A DNA stretch of 64,000 nt. Origin: Alphaproteobacteria bacterium. Lineage in GTDB: Bacteria; Pseudomonadota; Alphaproteobacteria; Rhodobacterales; Rhodobacteraceae. The notes below the pieces were generated by a model. That model was given only the letters and a program-made list of their open reading frames with translations. It had not been told where the DNA came from and made no database searches. Both the position numbers and the translations under genes were made by a program. Of the stretch, positions 17,486 through 26,880 are shown one piece after another. The stretch lies in contig JAUIFH010000012.1 of assembly GCA_030429495.1 (NCBI GenBank), positions 1,896-65,895 on the forward strand, read 5' to 3'. Within the stretch, counting starts at the first letter, position 1; each line of letters begins with the position of its first letter.

Positions 17486-17587
17486 AACTATGGACGTGAC
17501 GGTGTTCCGGCGGGCATAGTTGCAAACGGTCCGGTAACGGGATTCCGTCTTTCGCCTGAACGTTACTAGGCATCATCGGGAGTTTGT

Positions 17588-18217
17588 ATGAGCGCGGCAC
17601 TATTGGCACAAGACCCTCACAAGGTCCGGGAAGAACGCGAAAACATCCTTGAAGTCGCGATCGGTCGCGAAGTTCGGGCCTTTCGCTATCAAAGCGGGAT
17701 GACCATCGCCGATCTTTCCAACCGCACAGGCCTGTCGATCGGGATGCTCTCGAAGATCGAGAACGGCAACACCTCGCCCTCCCTCTCGACGCTGCAGGCC
17801 CTGTCCCACGCGATGAGCGTACCGCTGACGTCGTTCTTCCGCAGGTTCGAGGATGTCCATCTGGCCGTTCATACCAAGGCCGGCGAAGGCATGGAGATCG
17901 AGCGGCGCGGCACGCGGGCGGGCCACCAGTACAACCTGCTGGGCCACTTGGGTGCGACCACGACGGGCGTGGTCGTCGAACCCTATCTCATCACCCTGAC
18001 CTCGGATTCCGACGTGTTCCCGACCTTCCAGCATGAAGGCATCGAAATGCTCTACATGCTGGAGGGCGAAGTGGACTACCGGCATGGCAACAACGTCTAC
18101 CCACTCAAACCCGGCGACACGCTGTTCTTCGATGCCGACGCGCCGCACGGGCCGGAGGTTCTTGTCAAACTCCCGGCCCGCTACCTGTCGATCATTTCCT
18201 ATGTGCAGGGCAAATAG
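17588..18217 (+). CDS. XRE-family HTH + cupin domain transcriptional regulator
   Basis: 209 aa. GGGAG RBS. MTIADLSNRTGLSIGMLSKIENGNTSPSLSTLQALS HTH and a C-terminal cupin (HEGIEMLYMLEGEV...GDTLFFDADAPHG). Confidence 0.85.
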   Translation: MSAALLAQDPHKVREERENILEVAIGREVRAFRYQSGMTIADLSNRTGLSIGMLSKIENGNTSPSLSTLQALSHAMSVPLTSFFRRFEDVHLAVHTKAGEGMEIERRGTRAGHQYNLLGHLGATTTGVVVEPYLITLTSDSDVFPTFQHEGIEMLYMLEGEVDYRHGNNVYPLKPGDTLFFDADAPHGPEVLVKLPARYLSIISYVQGK

Positions 18218-18220
18218 GCC

Positions 18221-19261
18221 CTAGTCGGGCCAGATGCCCGGCGAGGTCTCGGCGCCGTCGTCGAATTTCGAGAGGTAGTCGACGATCATCGGCCGATTGC
18301 GGATGAAGCCCTTGTAGGTCGCCAGTTCCTCCGGCAGGTCTCGCAGCACCCGGTGCAGGCGGCGGCCCCATTTCGGCACCGTCACAAGGTCTTCGAGACG
18401 GATCAGGTAGCAACGGATCGGGAATGCCAGCGCGTTCGACCTGGGCAGCCGGAAAAGCGTCTGCAACTCCACCCGCAGGTGCTGCTTGCTGCCCACGTTC
18501 TCGGGCGTCAGTTCGGTCTTCTGGACGCCCCATTTGTGGTAGTTTTCCGGGCTCGTGTCGAGCAGCGGGTTGACCGTCATCGTCCAGTTGAGACGCCGGA
18601 CCGGCGCGCCCTGTTGCAGGTTGAGCAGGAATTTCAGCGCCCGCTGGAACACCCCCAGTTCATGCGCGAGCGGAACCGGCGCGTGCCATTCGTAGAAGTT
18701 CATGCCGATATCGAAATCGAGGCTCCAGTCGGCCTGCGTCGTCACCATCCCGGCATCCATCCACAAATTCTCGTCCCGGTGATCGAGCAGCGCGAAATCG
18801 CCCTGTGCCTGGCGCGTGATATATTCCATCGGCCCGCAGGGCAGCGTCGTCTCGTCGAGGAAGGTGAACTTCTGCTCAAGCTCCAGCGGCTTGTTGATCC
18901 AGTGCCAGTGGTCACCGTCGCGGCGAAGCTCGAACAGGTCGGGATATTCGCGCGCCTTGGATTCCATGATCAGTTCCAGCAGGTCCCAGCCCGCCAGCGT
19001 CATGTGCGGCAACGATTGGCAACGCAGCGGGTCCTCGGCAAGAACCCGCGCCCGGTCGCGCATCTCGGATACGTAGTGTTCGTCCACGTCGAAGGTCTTT
19101 TCGTAGACCGACCCCGGCCGCAACGACAGGTGTGGCTCAAGGTTCACCGAATACATATAGCTGTCTTCGTGGAACGGGAATGGAAACCGCCGGATCGCCC
19201 ATTCGGAGTTCCGGAAGGTGTAATCGTCGTGGAAGGTCTCGTCGTTGAACTGGATGGTCAT
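18221..19261 (-). CDS. dmmC: DUF3445 / heme-dependent oxidative N-demethylase family protein (dimethylamine monooxygenase subunit DmmC-like)
   Basis: 346 aa. AGGAG RBS. Last gene of a 4-gene minus-strand operon whose order (GcvT-like, small Cys-rich protein, PDR-type reductase, this gene) matches dmmDABC. Confidence 0.7.
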   Translation of the reverse strand: MTIQFNDETFHDDYTFRNSEWAIRRFPFPFHEDSYMYSVNLEPHLSLRPGSVYEKTFDVDEHYVSEMRDRARVLAEDPLRCQSLPHMTLAGWDLLELIMESKAREYPDLFELRRDGDHWHWINKPLELEQKFTFLDETTLPCGPMEYITRQAQGDFALLDHRDENLWMDAGMVTTQADWSLDFDIGMNFYEWHAPVPLAHELGVFQRALKFLLNLQQGAPVRRLNWTMTVNPLLDTSPENYHKWGVQKTELTPENVGSKQHLRVELQTLFRLPRSNALAFPIRCYLIRLEDLVTVPKWGRRLHRVLRDLPEELATYKGFIRNRPMIVDYLSKFDDGAETSPGIWPD

Positions 19262-19270
19262 GTCAGTCTC

Positions 19271-20236
19271 CTATCGGTCGAGCACGAGGGACCGGCCCTC
19301 GAAGCGCGACACACACGGCATGATCTTTGATCCGCACGCCTTCTGTTCGTCGGTCAGCCAGTGATCGCGATGAACGAAGGTCCCGTCGTGGCTGATCACG
19401 TCGGTTTCGCACTGGCCGCAGGCGCCGCCCCGGCAGAGATAGGGCGCGTCCACGCCGGCGGCCTCAAGCGCCTCGAGAAGGCTCTGATGCTCGCCGACCG
19501 TGATGACCTTGCCCGACTTGGCCAGCGTCACCTTGAACGGTTTGCCCGATTGCGGCGCGAGGAACTCCTCGTAATGGATCGCTTCGGCCGGCCAGCCATG
19601 CCCCTCGGCAGTCTTGCGGACCCATTCGATCATGCCCTTGGGTCCACAGACATAAAGGTGCGTGCCGAGTGGCTGCCCGTCGAGAAGGGTGTCGAGGTCG
19701 ATCACCTGCTTCTGGTCGTCGTAGTAGATATGGACGTTGTCGGGGTGCTGTTCGGTCAGCTCACCCACATAGGAGCCGAGTGCTGCGGTCCGCACCGAGT
19801 AGTGCAGTTCGAAATGCCCGTTCATCGCACTGACCTGCCTGATCTGCGCCAGGAACGGCGTGATGCCGATCCCGCCGGCGATCATCAGGTGCTTTTTCGC
19901 CCGCAGATCGAGCGAGAAGAGATTGACCGGATAGCTCAGGACCATGCGGTCGCCGGCCTTGACGTTCCGGTGCATGAACAGCGACCCGCCCCTGCCCGCC
20001 TCGTCCCGGCGAACCGAGATCGTGAAGGCCGTGCGGTCGCGCGGATCGGACATCAGCGAATAGGGGTTGAGCCGGGTTACGTCGCCGTCCTTCATCTCGA
20101 CGACGGTATGGGCACCCCCCGAGAAGGTCGGCATCTCGCCACCATCGCTCCGCACGAAGCGAAAGCGTTTGACGAGGTCGTTGACCTCGACCACCTCGGC
20201 CACGGTCACGTCGATTTTCCTGGTTCCCGCGCTCAT
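19271..20236 (-). CDS. dmmB: Phthalate-dioxygenase-reductase-type oxidoreductase (FMN/NAD-binding + C-terminal plant-type 2Fe-2S), DmmB-like
   Basis: 321 aa. GGIGITP nucleotide motif and C-terminal CRGGACGQCET...C ferredoxin cysteines. ATGA overlap with the upstream gene. Confidence 0.8.
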   Translation of the reverse strand: MSAGTRKIDVTVAEVVEVNDLVKRFRFVRSDGGEMPTFSGGAHTVVEMKDGDVTRLNPYSLMSDPRDRTAFTISVRRDEAGRGGSLFMHRNVKAGDRMVLSYPVNLFSLDLRAKKHLMIAGGIGITPFLAQIRQVSAMNGHFELHYSVRTAALGSYVGELTEQHPDNVHIYYDDQKQVIDLDTLLDGQPLGTHLYVCGPKGMIEWVRKTAEGHGWPAEAIHYEEFLAPQSGKPFKVTLAKSGKVITVGEHQSLLEALEAAGVDAPYLCRGGACGQCETDVISHDGTFVHRDHWLTDEQKACGSKIMPCVSRFEGRSLVLDR

Positions 20237-20841
20237 TGATACAGACCCTCCGATTCAGGCACGTCACCGGGATCTTCCGCGTCGACGCAGACGCCCTGAA
20301 ATGCTGCGAGCCGCCGCGAATAGTGGTCGCGCACGAAAAGGTTCAGCCCGCAATGGGCGCAGATGAACGGCGTTGTGGTTACGTTTTCCGTGGTTCCCTT
20401 GCAGTGCACGCATTGCACGCGGCGCGCGGTGGACCCGCGATGTTCGGTTTGAATGGCGCTTGCCGGATAGCCGGCGCTGGTCGCCTCAAGCATCGCCTGC
20501 CCCATCAAACCTTCGGTGCCCGCGAGATATATCTGCAAGCCCATATGCGCGTCCGCCAGTGTCTTGCGAAGACGCGGCACGGCGGCCGAATAGCTCGGGC
20601 CGATGTAAAGTTGGGTCGGACTATGCGCCCCGAGCCTAGGGATATAGCGTTCGCCGGCATCACCGGGGATGTAGATGACATGGGCCTTGGCCATCAGACC
20701 GGGCGCGGAGCCGGCGAGGTCCAGAAGCGCCTCGGCGCCTTCGGCGTCGGCGACCATAAGATGCGCCTTGCCGGGCCTGGCCGCGAGAGTGCCGTAGACC
20801 GGCCTGCTGTGGATTGATTTCGGAAACTGGAATCTGGACAT
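20233..20841 (-). CDS. dmmA: Dimethylamine monooxygenase subunit DmmA-like protein (small, Cys-rich C-terminus)
   Basis: 202 aa. CVHCKGTTENVTTTPFICAHCG four-Cys cluster. The call rests on position between the dmmD-like and dmmB-like genes. Confidence 0.65.
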   Translation of the reverse strand: MSRFQFPKSIHSRPVYGTLAARPGKAHLMVADAEGAEALLDLAGSAPGLMAKAHVIYIPGDAGERYIPRLGAHSPTQLYIGPSYSAAVPRLRKTLADAHMGLQIYLAGTEGLMGQAMLEATSAGYPASAIQTEHRGSTARRVQCVHCKGTTENVTTTPFICAHCGLNLFVRDHYSRRLAAFQGVCVDAEDPGDVPESEGLYQ

Positions 20842-20913
20842 GCCGTGGACATTTCCCTGTCTTGAAAAGCGGGCCGGATGCAGGGGACCAAGCGCCCCGC
20901 ATCCGGCCTCGCA

Positions 20914-22053
20914 TCAGCCTTTGGCGGTACGCCGCTTCTTTTCCGTGTCGTAGAACGGCATCGAATGGCTGGTCGCGGCAATCTCACCGTGGGTCTCGCA
21001 GCGCACTGTCAGCTTGGTGCCGTCGTTGGCGCAATCCACGGGCAGGCGGGCGATGGCAATGTTGTGCTTGTTCAGCGAGGAATACATCGCCTGCGTCACC
21101 ACGCCAACCTGCTTGTCGCCCTTGTAGACCGGCGCGCCATTGCCGGGCGCGCTCGTCCCGTCGAGCTTCAGGCCCCAGATCTTGAAGCGTTCCTTGCCCT
21201 TGAGCCGGTAGTGCTCTTCCGCGCCCCGGAACCCGGTCTTGCCGGGCGAGACGGTGAAGTCGAGACCGAGTTCCCACAGCGTGTCGCCGGGACCTTCGTT
21301 CTCGAACGGATACATCTCGGAATTGTCGTAGGGGAAGAACAGAAGGTAGCTTTCGGTCCGCAGAAGGTCGAGCGTGGTGAAGCGGCAGGGAATGATCCCC
21401 ATCGACTTGCCTTCGTCGAGGATCCGGTCCCAGATTGTAGGCGCGTCCTGCCCCCGGCAGAAAATCTCGTAACCGCGCTCACCGGTATAGCCGGTGCGCG
21501 AGATCATCACCGGCAGACCGAAGAGAGACGTCTGCATGTGGCTGAAATAGTTGAGGTTGCGGATGCCCTCGACATGCTTTTGCAGGTAGTCGACGGCCAG
21601 CGGCCCTTGCAGCGAGAGGTCGTGCAGGTTGTCATCGAAGCGGATCGACACATCGCGGCCGGTGGCGGCCATCGTCAGCTGCTCATGCGCCTGACCGGAG
21701 CCGTGCACCACCATCCAGCTGTTCGGCCCCATCCGGTAGATGACGCAGTCGTCAATGAACTTGCCGGCATCGTTCAGCATGGCCGCATAAACCGAGCGGC
21801 CCGGCATGATCTTCTCAACATTCCGCGTCGTGGCGCGGTCGATGACATGGCTGGCGGCCGGCCCGGTGATGTGGACCTTCTTCAGCCCCGAAACGTCCAT
21901 CAGCCCGGCCTTGGTCCGGATCGCGAGATATTCCGCCTCCGGGTCGCCCTTGCTATAAGACCAGGCCGTGCCCATCCCGCTCCAGTCTTCAAGATCCGAT
22001 CCCAGCGCGCGATGTCGATCGCCGAGTGCGGAGAACCTCCAAGATGCCGTCAT
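20914..22053 (-). CDS. dmmD: GcvT-family aminomethyltransferase-like THF-binding protein (DmmD-like)
   Basis: 379 aa. AAGGGAG RBS. MDVSGLKKVHITGPAA..., SRTGYTGERGYEIF glycine-cleavage-T signature. Confidence 0.8.
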   Translation of the reverse strand: MTASWRFSALGDRHRALGSDLEDWSGMGTAWSYSKGDPEAEYLAIRTKAGLMDVSGLKKVHITGPAASHVIDRATTRNVEKIMPGRSVYAAMLNDAGKFIDDCVIYRMGPNSWMVVHGSGQAHEQLTMAATGRDVSIRFDDNLHDLSLQGPLAVDYLQKHVEGIRNLNYFSHMQTSLFGLPVMISRTGYTGERGYEIFCRGQDAPTIWDRILDEGKSMGIIPCRFTTLDLLRTESYLLFFPYDNSEMYPFENEGPGDTLWELGLDFTVSPGKTGFRGAEEHYRLKGKERFKIWGLKLDGTSAPGNGAPVYKGDKQVGVVTQAMYSSLNKHNIAIARLPVDCANDGTKLTVRCETHGEIAATSHSMPFYDTEKKRRTAKG

Positions 22054-22496
22054 TGAATACTCCCTTGACTTGCGTTGTTCGTCTTCGGTCAGGCTGTGCA
22101 GATCAGCGCGTCCGATTGCCCCTGACTGTTGTCATCCCATTGTGATCAGGAACGCCGCAACGTCAGCGAAGAATATTGACAGCCGAAGCCTGCGGATATT
22201 CGAGGCAACGTTCCCCTCATCGCGCACTATGATGAGGTCCGCCCCCGCCATGCAAGAAAAAAATATTACTCATGGTATAATTTCATTCAGAGGTCACTTT
22301 CGGCCTCCCGCATCGCTCCAACACCCGCACGAGGTCAGAGGCAGCGACGCGCGCGCTGTCGCAATCGTATCGAGCGACCTCCGCGGCACCCCGCCTGCCG
22401 GCCAAAAACTTTTCTCGCAAGAAAATTTTATTCTTCTTAGTTGCTGCACGCAATCTCTGCTGCTAGCGTGTGAAAAACCAGAAAGGGAATCAGCAC

Positions 22497-23393
22497 ATGT
22501 GCGGCATTGTCGGACTATTCCTGAAAGACAAATCACTTGAACCAAAGCTCGGCGCGATGCTGACGGACATGCTTATCACCATGACCGATCGCGGCCCCGA
22601 CAGCGCAGGGATCGCCATCTATGGTGGCGGCGGCGACGGCCTTGCGAAGATCACGGTGCAATCCACCGATCCGGCGAAGGATTTCGCGACGCTTGACCAG
22701 GATCTGAAGGACGCCATCGGCAAGCCGGTCGCCATGAAGATCAAGAGCACCCACGCCGTCCTCGAAGTGCCCGCCGACCAGACCGATGCCGCGCGCTCCG
22801 CGCTTGCGCATCTGCGTCCCGGCCTGAAGGTGATGAGTGTCGGCGACAGCCTTGAAATCTACAAGGAAGTTGGCCTGCCGAAGGATGTTGCCGCGCGGTT
22901 CGACCTGTCCAAGATGACCGGCACGCACGGCATCGGCCACACCCGCATGGCAACGGAATCAGCGGTGACCACGCTTGGCGCCCACCCGTTCTCGACCGGC
23001 TCGGATCAGTGCCTCGTGCACAACGGCTCGCTCTCCAACCACAACAGCCTCCGCCGCCAGCTCGCGCATGAAGGCATCGCGACCGAAACCCAGAACGATA
23101 CCGAAGTCGGCGCCGCCTACATCACGTGGCGGATGCGCGAAGGCGCGTCGCTTGGTGAAGCCCTTGAATCCAGCATCGACGATCTGGATGGGTTCTTCAC
23201 CTTTGTCGTCGGCACCAAGGACGGCTTCGGCGTCATCCGCGACCCGATTGCCTGCAAGCCGGCCGTCATGGCCGAAACCGATCAGTACGTCGCGTTCGGA
23301 TCGGAGTATCGCGCGCTCGTCAACCTGCCGGGCATCGAAGCCGCCCGCGTCTGGGAGCCTGAACCCGCCACCGTCTATTTCTGGAACCACTGA
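22497..23393 (+). CDS. mgsA: Class-II glutamine amidotransferase, N-methylglutamate synthase subunit A-like
   Basis: Start placed at the ATG at 22497, so the product begins MCGIVG (catalytic Cys2), preceded by AAGGGA. The track ORF starts 9 codons earlier. Confidence 0.85.
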   Translation: MCGIVGLFLKDKSLEPKLGAMLTDMLITMTDRGPDSAGIAIYGGGGDGLAKITVQSTDPAKDFATLDQDLKDAIGKPVAMKIKSTHAVLEVPADQTDAARSALAHLRPGLKVMSVGDSLEIYKEVGLPKDVAARFDLSKMTGTHGIGHTRMATESAVTTLGAHPFSTGSDQCLVHNGSLSNHNSLRRQLAHEGIATETQNDTEVGAAYITWRMREGASLGEALESSIDDLDGFFTFVVGTKDGFGVIRDPIACKPAVMAETDQYVAFGSEYRALVNLPGIEAARVWEPEPATVYFWNH

Positions 23394-23395
23394 AC

Positions 23396-24115
23396 ATGAA
23401 GAGTAACGTCCTGGAACAAACGGCCACCCAGACATTCGACCTTTCCGCCCGCGGTCTGCGCGAGTTGAATTCCTCGCTCCACGCCCTGTCGGGCGCGACC
23501 AACATGACCGCGTGGGAGGTCGTCAACCCGAAGGGCGCCCATGCGATCGCAGCCGGCGTCGACGCGCCCGTCGACATCAGCGTGATGGGCTCGACCGGCT
23601 ACTACTGCGCCGGCATGAACAAGCAGGCGACGATCCGCGTGAAGGGCTCCGCCGGTCCCGGTGTCGCCGAGAACATGATGTCCGGCACGGTCATCGTCGA
23701 CGGCGACGCCAGCCAGTATGCCGGTGCGACGGGGCGCGGCGGGCTCTTGGTCATCAAGGGCAATGCCTCATCGCGCTGCGGCATCTCGATGAAAGGCGTC
23801 GAGATCGTCGTGCACGGCAATATCGGGCACATGTCGGCCTTTATGGCGCAGTCCGGCAGCCTCGTGGTCTGCGGCGATGCCGGTGACGCCCTGGGCGACT
23901 CGCTCTACGAAGCAAAGCTTTTCGTGCGCGGCTCGGTCAAAAGCCTGGGCGCCGACTGCATCGAAAAGGAGATGCGGCCGGAGCACCTCGAACATCTGGC
24001 CGATCTCCTGCGCCGGGGCGAATGCGACCCGACGATCAAGCCGGAGGAGTTCCGCCGCTACGGCTCGGCCCGGAAGCTCTACAATTTCAACATCGACAAC
24101 GCGTCGGCGTACTGA
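23396..24115 (+). CDS. mgsB: GXGXG-motif glutamate synthase domain protein, N-methylglutamate synthase subunit B-like
   Basis: 239 aa with repeated G-x-G-x-G beta-helix motifs (VMGSTGYYCAGMN, VKGSAGPGVAENM, VHGNIGHMSAFMA). Confidence 0.85.
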   Translation: MKSNVLEQTATQTFDLSARGLRELNSSLHALSGATNMTAWEVVNPKGAHAIAAGVDAPVDISVMGSTGYYCAGMNKQATIRVKGSAGPGVAENMMSGTVIVDGDASQYAGATGRGGLLVIKGNASSRCGISMKGVEIVVHGNIGHMSAFMAQSGSLVVCGDAGDALGDSLYEAKLFVRGSVKSLGADCIEKEMRPEHLEHLADLLRRGECDPTIKPEEFRRYGSARKLYNFNIDNASAY

Positions 24116-24124
24116 GGCAGAAGA

Positions 24125-25456
24125 ATGACCAGCGAATTTCCCCATACCCCGCCGCGCAAGAGCTACACCTTCAGCGACGCCGTGAACGCCGATATCCGGC
24201 GGGCTGCGGCAACAGGCATCTACGATATCCGCGGCGGCGGCACTAAGCGCTTCCTGCCGCATTTCGACGACCTCCTGTTCCTCGGCGCGTCGATCAGCCG
24301 CTATCCGCTGGAAGGCTACCGCGAGAAATGCGCGACCGATGTCTGGCTCGGCACGCGTCACGCGAAGAAGCCGATCCATCTCGATATCCCCGTCACCATC
24401 GCGGGCATGAGCTTCGGCGCCCTGTCCGGCCCGGCGAAAGAGGCGCTTGGCCGCGGCGCGTCCGCTGCCGGCACCTCGACCACCACCGGTGACGGCGGCA
24501 TGACCGAGGAGGAGCGCGGCCATTCCAAGACGCTCGTCTACCAGTACCTGCCGAGCCGCTATGGCATGAACCCCGACGACCTCCGCCGCGCCGACGCGAT
24601 CGAGGTCGTGGTCGGTCAGGGCGCGAAGCCCGGTGGCGGCGGCATGCTGCTAGGCCAGAAGATCTCGGACCGCGTTGCGATGATGCGCAACCTGCCCAAG
24701 GGGATCGACCAGCGCTCCGCCTGCCGCCATCCCGACTGGACCGGCCCGGACGACCTAGAGATCAAGATCCTGGAACTGCGCGAGATCACCGACTGGGAAA
24801 AGCCGATCTACGTGAAGATCGGCGGCGCCCGCCCCTACTACGACACCGCGCTCGCGGTGAAAGCGGGTGCAGATGTCGTCGTTCTCGACGGCATGCAGGG
24901 CGGCACGGCGGCGACGCAGGACGTGTTCATCGAACATGTCGGCCAGCCGATCCTGGCTTGCATCCCGCAAGCGGTTAAGGCGCTTCAGGATCTGGGTATG
25001 CACCGCAAGGTTCAACTGATCGTCTCGGGCGGGATCCGGTCTGGCGCAGACGTGGCGAAGGCCATGGCGCTTGGCGCCGATGCCGTCGCCATCGGCACGG
25101 CGGCGCTGATCGCGCTCGGCGACAACGATCCCGCTCTCGAGGCGGAGTATCAGAAGCTGGGCACCACCGCCGGCGCCTATGACGACTGGCACGAGGGCAA
25201 GGACCCCGCCGGCATCACCACCCAGGACCCGGAGCTATACAGCCGCTTCGACCCGGTTCTGGGCGGGCGTCGCCTCACCAACTATCTCAAGGTGATGACG
25301 CTGGAGGCGCAGACCATCGCGCGCGCCTGCGGCAAGAACCACCTGCACAATCTCGAACCCGAGGATCTTTGCGCGCTGACGATCGAAGCCGCGGCGATGG
25401 CCGGCGTCCCGATCGCCGGGACAAGCTGGATACCGGGACGGAACGGCAGCTTCTGA
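24125..25456 (+). CDS. mgsC: FMN-binding glutamate synthase family protein, N-methylglutamate synthase subunit C-like
   Basis: 443 aa. VVVGQGAKPGGGGMLLG and LIVSGGIRSGADVAKAMALGADAV motifs of the GltB FMN domain. Confidence 0.85.
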   Translation: MTSEFPHTPPRKSYTFSDAVNADIRRAAATGIYDIRGGGTKRFLPHFDDLLFLGASISRYPLEGYREKCATDVWLGTRHAKKPIHLDIPVTIAGMSFGALSGPAKEALGRGASAAGTSTTTGDGGMTEEERGHSKTLVYQYLPSRYGMNPDDLRRADAIEVVVGQGAKPGGGGMLLGQKISDRVAMMRNLPKGIDQRSACRHPDWTGPDDLEIKILELREITDWEKPIYVKIGGARPYYDTALAVKAGADVVVLDGMQGGTAATQDVFIEHVGQPILACIPQAVKALQDLGMHRKVQLIVSGGIRSGADVAKAMALGADAVAIGTAALIALGDNDPALEAEYQKLGTTAGAYDDWHEGKDPAGITTQDPELYSRFDPVLGGRRLTNYLKVMTLEAQTIARACGKNHLHNLEPEDLCALTIEAAAMAGVPIAGTSWIPGRNGSF

Positions 25457-25497
25457 CCCGTCGTTCCAAGAAAAAATAATCTACAGGGAGTCTTCAT

Positions 25498-26805
25498 ATG
25501 GTCAAAGACCTTGCCAAATGGGCAAAGGAAAAGGGGGTCAGGTATTTCATGATCTCCTACACCGACCTCTTCGGGGGTCAGCGGGCAAAACTCGTGCCCA
25601 CGCAGGCAATCGGTGAAATGGCTGCGGACGGGGCCGGTTTTGCCGGCTTCGCGACCTGGCTGGATCTGACGCCGGCGCATCCCGACCTGATGGCGGTGCC
25701 CGATCCGGACTCCGTCATTCAGCTTCCCTGGAAGAAGGATGTCGCCTGGGTCGCCGCCCGCGCCACGATGGAAGGCAAGCCCGTCGAACAGGCGCCGCGC
25801 AACGTGCTCGAAAAGCTGATCGCGGAAGCAGAGAGCGAAGGCCTGCGGGTCAAGACCGGGGTAGAGCCGGAGTTCTTCATCCTCAACCCCGAGGGCACGG
25901 CCTGCTCCGACATTTACGACACGGCCGAAAAGCCCTGCTACGACCAGCAGGCGGTGATGCGCCGCTATGACGTGATCTCGGAGATCTGCGACTACATGCT
26001 GGAAATGGGGTGGGAACCCTACCAGAACGACCATGAGGACGCGATCGGCCAGTTCGAGATGAACTGGAAATACGACGACGTGCTCGCCACGGCCGACAAG
26101 CACAGCTTCTTCAAGTTCATGACGAAGTCGGTGGCCGAGAAGCACGGCTTCCGCGCGACCTTCATGCCGAAGCCCTTCCAGGGGCTGACCGGCTCGGGCT
26201 GCCACGCGCATATCTCGGTCTGGTCACTCGACGGAAAGAAGAACGCCTTCGCCGACAATTCGAAAGAGCTTGGCCTGTCGGAGCAGGGCGTGCATTTCCT
26301 TGGCGGGATCATGAAGCACGCTTCGGCGCTTGCGGCGATCACCAACCCGACGGTGAACAGCTACAAGCGCATCAACGCGCCGCGCACGAGTTCCGGCGCG
26401 ACATGGGCACCGAACTCGGTCACCTGGACCGGCAACAACCGCACGCACATGGTGCGCGTCCCGGGACCGGGCCGGTTCGAGCTGCGCCTGCCGGACGGGG
26501 CCGCGAACCCCTATCTTCTGCAGGCAGTCATCCTTGCCGCGGGCTTGGACGGCATCCGCAGCAAGGCCGATCCCGGCCGGCGCTACGACATCGACATGTA
26601 TCAGGACGGTCACAAGGTGAAAGGCGCGCCGAAACTGCCGCTGAACCTTCTCGATGCCCTGCGTGAATACGACAAGGACAAGACCCTGAAGGCGATGATG
26701 GGCGAAGAGTTCTCCAACGCCTATACGAAGCTCAAACTGCGCGAATGGAACAGCTTCGTATCCCATTTCTCCCGCTGGGAGCACGAGAACACGCTCGACA
26801 TCTAA
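25498..26805 (+). CDS. gmaS: Glutamine-synthetase-family protein, gamma-glutamylmethylamide synthetase-like
   Basis: 435 aa. AGGGAG RBS. GS catalytic-domain motifs (KPFQGLTGSGCHAHISVW, NSYKRI). Sits directly after mgsABC. Confidence 0.8.
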   Translation: MVKDLAKWAKEKGVRYFMISYTDLFGGQRAKLVPTQAIGEMAADGAGFAGFATWLDLTPAHPDLMAVPDPDSVIQLPWKKDVAWVAARATMEGKPVEQAPRNVLEKLIAEAESEGLRVKTGVEPEFFILNPEGTACSDIYDTAEKPCYDQQAVMRRYDVISEICDYMLEMGWEPYQNDHEDAIGQFEMNWKYDDVLATADKHSFFKFMTKSVAEKHGFRATFMPKPFQGLTGSGCHAHISVWSLDGKKNAFADNSKELGLSEQGVHFLGGIMKHASALAAITNPTVNSYKRINAPRTSSGATWAPNSVTWTGNNRTHMVRVPGPGRFELRLPDGAANPYLLQAVILAAGLDGIRSKADPGRRYDIDMYQDGHKVKGAPKLPLNLLDALREYDKDKTLKAMMGEEFSNAYTKLKLREWNSFVSHFSRWEHENTLDI

Positions 26806-26835
26806 CGGAATAGACTTCCGACGTTCCCCGACCTG

Positions 26836-26864
26836 CCGCCGCCCTCAGGGCGGCGGATTTTTTT
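26836..26864 (+). terminator. Rho-independent terminator after gmaS (hairpin shared with convergent glyA)
   Basis: CCGCCGCCC-TCA-GGGCGGCGG stem-loop followed by A + T7. Confidence 0.8.
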
Positions 26865-26880
26865 GGCTGTCAGCGTCCTC

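Noticed and set aside
22436-22470. Sigma54-like CTGCACGCAATCTCTGCT upstream of mgsA
   Set aside because: It lacks the invariant GG dinucleotide (it has TG), and the GC element is mis-spaced.
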